From IMG/VR virus record IMGVR_UViG_3300036979_000430, positions 1-52,127 of that record: a stretch of DNA of 52,127 bases; one strand, given 5' to 3'. The notes below the pieces were generated by a model that saw only the letters and a list, made by a program, of their open reading frames with translations, did no database searches and was not told the DNA's origin. Numbering within the stretch: position 1 is the first letter of the stretch; each line of letters begins with the position of its first letter. Positions 36,539-45,470 of the stretch are shown in pieces. Source of the stretch: a virus. Its lineage: Duplodnaviria > Caudoviricetes. The position numbers were made by a program, and so were the translations under genes.

Positions 36539-38791
36539 GGGGGTGGCTTGCGGTACGCCTTAGCTTACTGCCTCCCGCTCCCGGCGGCGCAACTTGGATC
36601 GAGCAACCCGGGCCGCCCGATCCGCCCGACCCTGGGGGGTGTGGATCCGCCAGCACTCCCAACAGTGCTCGCCGTGGGTGCCGGTGTGGAGGCGCGGGCA
36701 GGTGGCGCAGGGGCGTAGCTCTACCGGGGGCAGGAGACCTGCCTGGCGGGCGCGGTAGCGGCGCTGGCGATCGGCGGCGGTGGGGTCAGTTGGCATTGGT
36801 TGCCATGCGGTATCTAATAACCGCGTCCCGTGCGGCATGGCTGGCGTTGGCGGCACGGCGGTAGGCAGGGCTCCAGCCCTCGCGGCTTCGGATTCGATCC
36901 CCAGCCTCGATAAGGGCAAACTGGGCAGCCACTAGGGCGGCCAGCAGGTCGGCGGTGGGGTCAGTCATGGGATTGGGCAGCACTACGCCGGTTTTTGACC
37001 TGCTGCCAGAACCGGATGGCAGCTTGCTCAAATTCCCGGTACTCGGCTTTCAGGTTGGCGGCGTTGGCGCCATTCGGGTGGATTGTGGGCAGCGTGACGG
37101 GGGCGGGGGATTCCATTAGGGCGATGAATAGGGTTTGCTGTTGCGGGGCGTTAGGCGGCAGGAAATTCCAGATCCTCCCACTGCTCCCAGGTAAAAATGC
37201 CTTGATCGTTTAATCGTCGTGCCATGGCCTGCGAGTCACAATCGCAAAGCTCAAGCTTGCTCCAGATGTAGCACCACAGGTCATCAAAGGAGCCGTCGCC
37301 GTCCTCCACCATGGCGAGCCGTGGCCAGGGTTGCCCCAAGGCCAGTCTGCAGGGGTCAGGGTCAGGCATTGGAGCGCATGAGCTTGGGATAGGGCCCACC
37401 GGTCCTGACCAGCCACCCGGCACGCACCAGGTCTTCGGCGGCATCAAGAACAGATGCAACACGGAAGTAGCCGAGCAGGTCAACCGAATCAACGTGGATG
37501 CCGGGGCGAGCATCAAAGTATCCCTTGGGGGCTTCGCGGATCCACTGTGGGGATTGATTAGGCATCATCCCCCCATGGCGCCGCTTCTAGTGCATCAAGC
37601 ATTTCCTCTTTGCAAAACAAAAACCGGTGCGCCGTGCAAAGGAGCGATGCTGCCGCCGTTCCCTCTTCTGCAAGTTCGGATATAAAGGTGCCGATAAAAT
37701 ATTCCACTTCGGCGCGTGGCTTCCCTTTGGTGAGCGCCAAGAGTGCATCGGGTCCTCCTGCTTTTTTTTCAAGTTCCCAGTAAAAATCTTCCGCGTAATG
37801 GCGTCGGGCTGTTTCGAATGCTTCGGAATAATCGGCCATGGTGTTGTTCTGTCGGGTGGATAGCTGGGATGAATCCGCCAAGCTCACGGCGCCTGGCGGG
37901 TTGGGGGTCAATCCTTGAACATTTCCATGCAGCAACCGAAGGTGCCCATTCGGTTTACCTCTTTGCTAAACGTGATGGTTTGCGAGCGCTTGCCATTCTT
38001 GGATATAAAGTCGTATCCGAACGAGTTGCCTCCGCTGACATCTTTGTCAGATTTACGAATTCGCCTCCATCCATCGGACTCGGCGTCGGCGATGGTGGCG
38101 TAGCTGGTGCGTTCTTTGGTCATGGTGGTGATTCTGTCGGCCATGATTTGAAGGTGTCGATGATGAATTGAGCAGCTGAGCGCTGCAGGCTGGCCGAGGG
38201 GCAGGGCCAGCGGGCAGGGGTCAGGGGTGGGTCAGGCGGCGACGCTGTAGCCAACAGATGCAACCACTGCGCCGGGGTGGAGTGCGGCAAAGCGAGCACG
38301 GATTTGGGCTGCTTCGGGGGCGTTTGCGATCCCGTCAGCGAGGGTGGTAGTGGTGTAAACCCAGCGGTGAGCAACTTTGGCGCGAGTGGTGGCGTCGATG
38401 CGGTAAGCGGTAGTGGCCATGGCTTGCTGAGGGTGGTGGTGGTTGGTTGCCCCCGTGTCGCTGGGGGCGGAGCGGGCCAGGGGCTCACCCCTTGGGCGGA
38501 GTGACCCGGTAGCCGTGGGTCCGCAGGAGAGCCACGGCAGCGGCCAGTTCGGCCTCAGTAGCGGCGCCAGGCAGCGCCGGGGCGGATGGTTTCAGCTCGT
38601 CGGCCAGGCCCCGGTAGAGGCGGGCATCGGCTTGTGCCAGGTCCCGAAGGGTGGCGCGGAGGGTGTCGGTGATGGCGCCCATAGGTGGGAGTGCGGTGGT
38701 GGTTGGTTGCCCCGGACTACTGGGGCGGTTCGGCTCGGTTTAACGCCTGTAGCCGGCTGGCGGTTCGGGGCTCGTTTGCCCCTGCTTTCAA

Positions 38792-38812
38792 ATAGTAGCC
38801 GGTCCGTTACGG
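38792..38812 (-). promoter_or_regulatory. 21-bp promoter-like repeat, copy 1
   Basis: Minus strand CCGTAACGGACCGGCTACTAT, ending in a TACTAT -10-like box; identical to 39197-39217. Confidence 0.65.
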
Positions 38813-38868
38813 GTTGGGAGGGGAGGCGTGGGACAGTTCACAGATTGTTGTGATTGGTGGCGGGCATG

Positions 38869-38891
38869 AAAAAGCCCCTCAGGTGAGGGGC
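38869..38891 (-). terminator. Intrinsic terminator
   Basis: Minus strand GCCCCTC-ACCT-GAGGGGC followed by TTTTT. Confidence 0.75.
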
Positions 38892-39196
38892 GAAGACTGA
38901 CGCGGGCAAAGGCTCAAGCGATAGGGCCTTGGGCCAGCGCGTAACGGACAGCGGCGATGGCAGAGGGAAAGGCGCCGCCGATTTCCTCTTGTGCGTCGGT
39001 ATTTGTGACTTCCCATGCGCAACCACGGCGAGTAGCGCGGGCGGCAATCATGTAGTCGCAGCCGAAGACCCAGACGGTGCTGTCAACGACTTTGACGTTG
39101 ACCAATCCTGCGCGGCGGATGGATTCGATCTGGGCAATGGTGCTGGTCATGGCTGGCGGTTCGGTGGTGGTGGCCAGGGGCTTGCCCTGTCTCCAC

Positions 39197-39217
39197 ATAG
39201 TAGCCGGTCCGTTACGG
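39197..39217 (-). promoter_or_regulatory. 21-bp promoter-like repeat, copy 2
   Basis: Identical to 38792-38812. Confidence 0.65.
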
Positions 39218-39263
39218 CCTAACGGGATCCAGCCCGACCACTTCACAATGCGTCACGATCCGG

Positions 39264-40760
39264 TTAGTCCGAATCCTCCCCCAGCTCCACCTCATCCAGC
39301 GGTGTGGTGGTGTCGTCCCTGCCTGGCGTTGGGGCCCCCATCATCGGCCGCTCCCGGTTGATCCTGGCCATTTCATCGCCCACGCTGTTGGTTGACTTGT
39401 TGAACCCACCACGCTGCAGCGCCTCGACAGCGCTCTCCTGGCTGATCAGCTCGACGCCACCGGCCAAGGCCTGCAGTGCGGCGGCACCCTGCGCGTCCAG
39501 CGGGGCGGCGAAGGCGTTTTCATCCATGGTCAAGCCGGCGCCTACCGCCAGCTTCTCGCCGGTGTAGAGGCACCAGATAGCGAAAATGCTTTGCATCACC
39601 GACTTCTTGCGCTCGCCCATCGCCTTAATACTGACCTGGGTGCGGCCTCCCTCAAGCTGTGATTGGGTGGCGGTCTTGGCGATCTTGCTTTCCCCCGTCA
39701 AGAATCCCAGAAGTTGCTGATCAATCAGCTCTTTCACCTCCTTAAGCTGCTCCCGCTGCTCGGCCAGTGACGTAGCCGCAGGCTCGCGCCAAAAGAAGTC
39801 GCCGTCCTTGTCAACCCTGATGACCGTGTTAGGTCCAATCACCAGCGGGGCGGCAGCCTGCCCATCCATCGACGGCAGCCCACCTTTCTCGACCGGCACC
39901 GGCATGGCGCACTTGTGCGTTTTCTCCTTCAGATCGCTTCGCATCTGGTAGTACTCGATGCAATGCTCCACCACCTGCCGCAGGGGGAGCGCACCTTGGC
40001 CGAAGCCGGCCTTCTCGGCGCTGTACCAGACCACTGGGCAGATTTTCAGTGGCTGCTGCTTGGAGTCCAGATACTGCCCGTCGTCCACCTTCTGCATTTC
40101 CATGGAACCATCAGCACGCTTCACTAACCGGTAGAGCGTCCACTTCCCAGGCTCGATCACCCGGTAGCGCTCCTCGTACTCCACCCCAAAACCGCCATCC
40201 TCGCTATCAACTTCCGCCCATTCCAGGAACGTGCAACGGGTCACCACCTCAGCCGAATCCACTACGTCGGTCTTCCAGTTCAGACAGGTTGCGCGGGTGC
40301 GGCTGACCAGGTACGGGCGCCGCCTGAGTGCTGCCTCAGTGGCCCCATCGGTGGGATTGCCGCTTGGCATCTCCACCAGGATCGGGACGGCGCCATCGCG
40401 CAGGCACAAGGGGTCCACGGTGAGCCAGAAGGCTTCCAAGGAGTTACCCTCTAGGTCTACGTTGTCTTGAACCGCCTCAAATGTTGCCGGCGGATCCTTC
40501 AGCTCGGAGCGCGACAGCACCCCCGCGAAACCTTCCAGGCCAGCCCTGAAAAAGTCGCTGAACACAGCGCGACCCAATCGGCCCTCATAGGCGGTAGGTG
40601 GCTCGGCTGGCTCCGGCGGCAAATATTTGCGCTTGACACCATCACCACGCAGGCAATACCAGGCGTCATGCGCACGCTCTAGGTCTTCGTTGTGCTCCCG
40701 CAGTACCGGGTGCTGGAAGCTCGGCAGCTTGGGGTCAGTACCAGAATGCTTCGACTTCAC
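39264..40760 (-). CDS. Portal protein (DUF4055-like)
   Basis: KYLP..P.E....YEGRL.RAVF, DNVDLEGNSL and KTATQ; 498 aa, downstream of the terminase. Confidence 0.85.
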   Translation of the reverse strand: MKSKHSGTDPKLPSFQHPVLREHNEDLERAHDAWYCLRGDGVKRKYLPPEPAEPPTAYEGRLGRAVFSDFFRAGLEGFAGVLSRSELKDPPATFEAVQDNVDLEGNSLEAFWLTVDPLCLRDGAVPILVEMPSGNPTDGATEAALRRRPYLVSRTRATCLNWKTDVVDSAEVVTRCTFLEWAEVDSEDGGFGVEYEERYRVIEPGKWTLYRLVKRADGSMEMQKVDDGQYLDSKQQPLKICPVVWYSAEKAGFGQGALPLRQVVEHCIEYYQMRSDLKEKTHKCAMPVPVEKGGLPSMDGQAAAPLVIGPNTVIRVDKDGDFFWREPAATSLAEQREQLKEVKELIDQQLLGFLTGESKIAKTATQSQLEGGRTQVSIKAMGERKKSVMQSIFAIWCLYTGEKLAVGAGLTMDENAFAAPLDAQGAAALQALAGGVELISQESAVEALQRGGFNKSTNSVGDEMARINRERPMMGAPTPGRDDTTTPLDEVELGEDSD

Positions 40761-40807
40761 CAGCGCCCATAACTAGCCTGCTACTGGAGCTTTCCGCCCA
40801 CGGCTGT

Positions 40808-41920
40808 CTACAGCTTCACCGCCCTGGGATGTGGCTTGCGCTGGCTGCGGCCGAACAGCGATGGCTGCACCACCGGGGCGGGCGCGGGCCTGGGTTGCCG
40901 TGGGCGGCGCTCGCGGGGGGTGGATGCGACGGCGGGCACGTCAAAGCCGAGCGTCGCCTGGCGGAACTGCCGCAAGGTCTTGCCCCGCAGTTGGGCCTTA
41001 AGGCGGTTGTGGAATTGGGCCATCGGTCCCGACGGATAGGCCACCTGCTTGAACGGGTTTTCTGCCCAGCGCTCCAACAAGCCACGATCAGCGGGCCGCA
41101 GGTTGGCGAATGCTGCCTCGACCAGGGCGTAAAGAGCCGGGGCCACCGGGTCATCGGTCGCTTCCGGCTGGTAATCGCTATACAGGGGCAAATGTGGATG
41201 GCCATCGCCAACGTCAAGGCTGACGCTGCCCTGCTGCATCGCCCCCATCATCTCGACAATCTCACCTTCGGTGAAGGCGGGGATGGCCGCAACGACCTGG
41301 GCCAGGGTTTGACCTTCAGTCAGGAGGCGCCGCACCTTGGGGTAGTGCTCACGCCACCGACTGGGCAGCTTCACCTCGTAGCCGTGGTCCCTGATGTGAT
41401 GCTTGATTGCCCCCTCAATAAACTGGCAGACGTAGGAGCTAACTGCAAAGGGGCGACCAGTGTCAGGGTTGATCCGATCGGGGTCATAGCGCCGGCAACC
41501 GTTGATTAACCCCTCCAGTGCAAGGCCGATGAAGTCCTCAAAGGGCCTTGAACAGCGCTGGCTCCACTTAAACGCCGCCTTCTTGGCTAGGCCTTCGTTC
41601 TCGATAATCAGCCGCTCGGATAGCTCAGTACGTGGCGGGCTGCCGGGCTTGGTCGGTTGCTCTAGGGGGCCTTCACGAACAGCTCGCCGCGATCGAGTAG
41701 GACGACGTGGCTTGGCGTCAGGTGGATCTTCACCTCCGGTGATGGCGGCGTCCAGCCCCCCCCGAACCGGAACACCTCCAGATGGCTCCCTTGCGACGAC
41801 TGGCGCAGCCTCCACGTCCCCGCCACTGGCTTGCCGACCAGTTGGGACAGCGGGGCCTTGGGGAGCTTCAGGGTTGCCATCGGTGGGTTGCGGTTTGGGG
41901 ATGGTGGACGAGTTTGCCAC
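40808..41920 (-). CDS. Phage RNA polymerase sigma factor (sigma70 family, group 3/SigF-like)
   Basis: Region 2: LIIENEGLAKKAA...FEDFIGLALEGLINGCRRYDP...SSYVCQFIEGAIKHHIRD...VKLP, then SLD in region 3. Region 4 looks degenerate; the start is uncertain. Confidence 0.85.
   Translation of the reverse strand: MANSSTIPKPQPTDGNPEAPQGPAVPTGRQASGGDVEAAPVVAREPSGGVPVRGGLDAAITGGEDPPDAKPRRPTRSRRAVREGPLEQPTKPGSPPRTELSERLIIENEGLAKKAAFKWSQRCSRPFEDFIGLALEGLINGCRRYDPDRINPDTGRPFAVSSYVCQFIEGAIKHHIRDHGYEVKLPSRWREHYPKVRRLLTEGQTLAQVVAAIPAFTEGEIVEMMGAMQQGSVSLDVGDGHPHLPLYSDYQPEATDDPVAPALYALVEAAFANLRPADRGLLERWAENPFKQVAYPSGPMAQFHNRLKAQLRGKTLRQFRQATLGFDVPAVASTPRERRPRQPRPAPAPVVQPSLFGRSQRKPHPRAVKL
41662..41880 (-). CDS. 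Possible nested alternative-frame protein inside the sigma N-terminus
   Basis: 72-aa ORF with globular composition and an ACC-rich leader, overlapping a low-complexity stretch of the sigma frame. Confidence 0.45.
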   Translation of the reverse strand: MATLKLPKAPLSQLVGKPVAGTWRLRQSSQGSHLEVFRFGGGWTPPSPEVKIHLTPSHVVLLDRGELFVKAP

Positions 41921-42210
41921 TAGGAAGCCTCCGCGCCCGCTCGCGCTGCTGCATCCCTGCGAAGAACGTCCAGCGCCTCAACAGGCAGGAAGATGCGACC
42001 GGCGTCATCCTCGCCAAGCACAGGGCACGCCATCTGGTATTCCCAGTGCTTGCTCTTGGTCATTCCGTGAGGCCTTGCCCCCACATATTTAATGTTGGTG
42101 ATCGGGATCATCACCGACCAGTCCTGCTCCAACAGCCAATCAACAACCGCAGGGGGTGGCAGGTGCGGGTCGCGGGGGGTGTCCATGGGTTGGGTGGGTT
42201 GGGAAATCAT
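41920..42210 (-). CDS. Hypothetical protein
   Basis: Coupled ORF; PTQPMDTP N-terminus. Confidence 0.55.
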   Translation of the reverse strand: MISQPTQPMDTPRDPHLPPPAVVDWLLEQDWSVMIPITNIKYVGARPHGMTKSKHWEYQMACPVLGEDDAGRIFLPVEALDVLRRDAAARAGAEAS

Positions 42211-42605
42211 TCTCCTTCCTGCTCAGAATGGTTGGTCAAGTTATAGGCTTGCGCCAAAAGTAATACGCTAACAGCGTGACACGCACCAGCGGCATGTACT
42301 GCAGAAAGATCAGTTTCCAGGCATTGCGCAAGAATCCTTTGCATCAGATCCTCTTCGGGGTCCGGGTGAACATCCTGCTCAGGTTTTGGTGTCACAAGCG
42401 GCAAAGCGGCGATTCTCAGCCCCCAGTTCCCATCCTGTCGTTGATGCCATTCACCAACGCGGATACTGCGCCCGTCGTCAGTTTCAACTTCAATGAATCG
42501 GGGGCCCTCTGGCCCCGGCGGGCCGTCGAAGACGATGTTGATCGGTGCAGGGGTGTCCATGGGTTGAGTAAGTGGTTCAGGTGTGAACAAAGTTTCAAGG
42601 GGCAC
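42207..42605 (-). CDS. Hypothetical protein
   Basis: IVFDGPPGPEGPRFIEVETDDGRSI.VGEW domain. Confidence 0.6.
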   Translation of the reverse strand: MPLETLFTPEPLTQPMDTPAPINIVFDGPPGPEGPRFIEVETDDGRSIRVGEWHQRQDGNWGLRIAALPLVTPKPEQDVHPDPEEDLMQRILAQCLETDLSAVHAAGACHAVSVLLLAQAYNLTNHSEQEGE

Positions 42606-42610
42606 GCCGC

Positions 42611-42859
42611 TTAAAGCGGACGCTCAAGTCGCTCTTTTATTTTATCCCAGCCGATACCGTTATTCATCGCCAGCGCTTTAGCCGCACCCAACTGCTCAGT
42701 CGTCATTTGCTCCACTGGCACCCCTAAAGGAATTTCACCCGCAGCAGTCCAAAGAACGGTGGCGCCACCTTCGACGGCGTTGATCAATCCGTCCAGCTTG
42801 GCCAGGGTTAGGCGCGGTGGATTGTTGTCCATGGGTTGGGTGGGGTGGGTGGTGGTCAT
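42611..42859 (-). CDS. Hypothetical protein
   Basis: 82 aa; PTQPMD N-terminus. Confidence 0.5.
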   Translation of the reverse strand: MTTTHPTQPMDNNPPRLTLAKLDGLINAVEGGATVLWTAAGEIPLGVPVEQMTTEQLGAAKALAMNNGIGWDKIKERLERPL

Positions 42860-42862
42860 GGA

Positions 42863-43300
42863 CTACTTCTGATGGGTGCCTTCAACGCCGCGATCCATTC
42901 GAGCGCGGGTGCGGTTGTGCAGATGATTTTGGGCGGCCTCAAGATGGGTTAAGGCGGCGGCATTTTCAAAGCAGTTGTAAGGCCCGGCCTGAAAAGAACG
43001 AAGGCGATCAATCAAGATCGCAAGCAATGCTGTCTCGGTGATGCCGTTGACGCCTACCTCATTGATAGGGCCGTTTTGAAACAAAAAAGGGAATACGCTC
43101 GGCCCTTTATCTGAGAAGCCTATGAAGGCGGCCGAAGGATTGTTCCTGGGATTGAATCCACTGATCATATAAAAGTGATGGGCCCCGCCAGCGCCGGGAG
43201 CATCTTCAACCGTGATCTTGAGCTTGTCGTTAGCGGGGTTGACGATGTGGTCGGTGAGTTCGCGGGTCATGGGTGTGCCCTGGGTGGGTTGGGTGGTCAT
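42863..43300 (-). CDS. tad1: Tad1-like anti-defence immune-signal sponge (Acb2/Tad1 family)
   Basis: G.GGA.H.Y.I ... FQ.G ... G ... LL.I..DRL.SFQAGP....ENA.ALTH.E.A......R...R..R.V.GT matches the Tad1 pattern as I recall it, along the whole length. Confidence 0.82.
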   Translation of the reverse strand: MTTQPTQGTPMTRELTDHIVNPANDKLKITVEDAPGAGGAHHFYMISGFNPRNNPSAAFIGFSDKGPSVFPFLFQNGPINEVGVNGITETALLAILIDRLRSFQAGPYNCFENAAALTHLEAAQNHLHNRTRARMDRGVEGTHQK

Positions 43301-44865
43301 CGAAAACCGGGAATGCTGGATCGCCGCCTAGGCGGCGGCTCCGACCGGGCCGGCGGGACGTGGGTGCCGTGGCCGTAGGTGGCGGTGGTGACCCTCATCG
43401 GGCCGGTGCTGGCGCAGAAGTTGAGGGCCTGCGTGGTTTCATCCACTAGGTCGTCAAAGGTGCCGGAAGGGAAGGCCAGTAGCTGGCCCACGTACTCTGC
43501 CAGCCACGGGGCATGGCGCGGCAGGAATACGCGGCCCTGACGGAACAATGGCGAGGCGGCTTCAGCTCGGGCGGTTTTACCGCCAAGGGGGTTGACGGCA
43601 TGAACAGCGCAGCCAGATTCGCGCTTGAGGGTGTCAATGATCGCTGATCCATTGGCCTTGTCTTCGATCAACAGCTCATTGAAGCCCCACACCGGCTTCA
43701 GTAGGCGCAACAGGTCGAGGGTGTCATTGAAACCCATGCGGCGGTTCACCTGATCAATCCTGAACATCCCTTCCTGGGTTTGCAGCCATAGGCCGATGCC
43801 AACCATGTCGCTGCCGACCGAATCTTTGAAGGTGGCGTCCACTGAGGCCAACTTGCGGATGCCGTACTCAGGCAACTTGACATCCCCCTCTTCCCCCTTC
43901 TGGCCTGGCAGCAGGAAGTACCGCAGGGTGTCGCGGCTAAAGATCGTGCCAGCGCTTTCGGTTGGTGCCTGCTGATAGATCGCCTCCCAGTCACGGCGGG
44001 GGGTGTTGGCCCGCTTGCGCTCGATCCAGGTCTCATCAAAGCGGGTGGGGTCTAGTGCCTGGCCAGGGGCCCGGTCGTCCCGTTCACTGGTGACGGTACG
44101 CGGGAAGGGTTTGATGGTGTTGGCGGCCACTGCCTGGATTGGCAGGCTGACTACATGCCAGGGTTCGCATTGCGCTTCGAGCCCTTCTTTTTCCAGCTCT
44201 TCGTTTTTGGCCAGCAGGTAACCGATCAGGTCGTTGCTATGCCAGCGAGTGTGAACGATCACCACGGCGTTACCGGGCTCTTCCCGTGTTGACAGGACCG
44301 AATCCCACCAGGAGTGAACCTGCCGGCGCCAGGCGGCGGAATCGGCCATCTCGCGGGACTTGATCGGGTCATCAACGATGATCAGATCGCCAGGGTTACC
44401 GGTGCCTCCCCCGACGCCAGCGGTCCACAGGCCACCGATGCCGGAGGTCCCCCACTTCTTGACGCCACCGGAGGTAGGGGAGAGTGCGCCACCTGAGGCG
44501 GTGAAGTAGTCGCGGGCATCCTGGCTAAAGCCTTCGGCCAGGGTGGCGGTATGGCAGCCGATGCCGACCGACTTGTTTGGATACCGGCGTAGGAAGTAGC
44601 CAGGCAGGAAGATCGAGAAGATCGTGGACTTGTAATGGCGCGGGGGGAGTTCCACCATGAGGCGGCGCAGCTCACCATCGGCAACACGCTGGCCCAGGGC
44701 CACCAGGCGGTAAGTGTGGGGGCTCCAGGGAAAGGATGGGCAGACCGAGCGGATGTAGTCCTCAAAGCTGCCCACGATGGGGGGTTGAGTCTTGCTGGCG
44801 TTGGCGGTGCGCTCCAGCTCCAGCATTGCGAGGCGTGCGGATGCTGTGGGGGCGCGGGTGATCAC
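43297..44865 (-). CDS. Terminase large subunit
   Basis: Walker A region PPRHYKST, Walker B IIVDDPIK, HTRWH, YQQAP, nuclease SVDATFK, IEDKANG and DDLVD. Confidence 0.93.
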   Translation of the reverse strand: MITRAPTASARLAMLELERTANASKTQPPIVGSFEDYIRSVCPSFPWSPHTYRLVALGQRVADGELRRLMVELPPRHYKSTIFSIFLPGYFLRRYPNKSVGIGCHTATLAEGFSQDARDYFTASGGALSPTSGGVKKWGTSGIGGLWTAGVGGGTGNPGDLIIVDDPIKSREMADSAAWRRQVHSWWDSVLSTREEPGNAVVIVHTRWHSNDLIGYLLAKNEELEKEGLEAQCEPWHVVSLPIQAVAANTIKPFPRTVTSERDDRAPGQALDPTRFDETWIERKRANTPRRDWEAIYQQAPTESAGTIFSRDTLRYFLLPGQKGEEGDVKLPEYGIRKLASVDATFKDSVGSDMVGIGLWLQTQEGMFRIDQVNRRMGFNDTLDLLRLLKPVWGFNELLIEDKANGSAIIDTLKRESGCAVHAVNPLGGKTARAEAASPLFRQGRVFLPRHAPWLAEYVGQLLAFPSGTFDDLVDETTQALNFCASTGPMRVTTATYGHGTHVPPARSEPPPRRRSSIPGFR

Positions 44866-45470
44866 ACCACCGGCCCCACACGCTTGACCGCCCAGTAGGC
44901 GCCATCCCCTGGGTAGAAGCTGGCGTCAATCAACTGGGCACCCTGCAGTTCTGCCATGCGCTTGCTGGCGACGAACTGCGGGCAATCCCACCGGGCCTGT
45001 AGCTCGGCCATGGTGAGATGCGGCGTCAACCCTGCGCGGATGCGTGGCCCCAACCAGTCAGCCAACTCCAGGCAGTCCAGCAGGGTTTCAGATGGCACCA
45101 GCCGGCGGCGGGACAGGAGGCTGCGCACCAGGTCGGTCATGCTTCCCCCCTCCGGCGGAACCACTCGCAGGGGTGCTGGCCAAAAGCCGTGGCGTCGCAA
45201 CACCTCACCGCCTACAACCTCGTAGCGGGGCAGCCTTGACGGAAACCGCAATCGGCCTAGACGCCAGTGGTAAGCATGGCTAAATGGATCCTTGACCCAC
45301 AGCACCCTCAGCCAAGCCTTAGCGATCCACCCCGTGTCGCAAGTAATCACCTCCCCTGTCTCTGGGTTGCAGGCCATTACGTTCCTGATCTTGCGACCCG
45401 TGGCGTCGTAGACCGTGGCGCCGAATCCATAGGCAGCCCAGAACTCCCTGGGATAGATCATCGCCATCAT
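44862..45470 (-). CDS. Hypothetical protein with C-terminal winged-helix-like domain
   Basis: TMAELQARWDCPQFVASKRMAELQGAQLI; lies between the two terminase subunits. Confidence 0.55.
   Translation of the reverse strand: MMAMIYPREFWAAYGFGATVYDATGRKIRNVMACNPETGEVITCDTGWIAKAWLRVLWVKDPFSHAYHWRLGRLRFPSRLPRYEVVGGEVLRRHGFWPAPLRVVPPEGGSMTDLVRSLLSRRRLVPSETLLDCLELADWLGPRIRAGLTPHLTMAELQARWDCPQFVASKRMAELQGAQLIDASFYPGDGAYWAVKRVGPVV

Larger units (their letters stand above)
36560..39246 (-). other. Islet of about ten small early-type genes between portal and MuF (e.g. 36560-36803, 36786-36968, 37151-37369, 37362-37568, 37558-37839, 37908-38144, 38232-38420, 38485-38682, 38914-39150)
   Basis: Short co-oriented ORFs with ACC-rich leaders, two duplicated promoter-like boxes and an internal terminator. 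Individual starts are uncertain. Confidence 0.6.
9053..40795. promoter_or_regulatory. Recurrent GGAAAGCT motif (putative late promoter element), at least 11 exact copies
   Basis: Minus strand: 9053, 12600, 15510, 16769, 17246, 25481, 29372, 36209, 40788. Plus strand: 27980, 30809. Each is upstream of and co-oriented with a start codon. Confidence 0.75.

Noticed and set aside
9053-40795. GGAAAGCT as a Shine-Dalgarno or frameshift signal
   Set aside because: Spacing to start codons varies from 5 to about 50 nt and the copies lie between genes or at gene ends; the resemblance to GGGAAAG looks coincidental.
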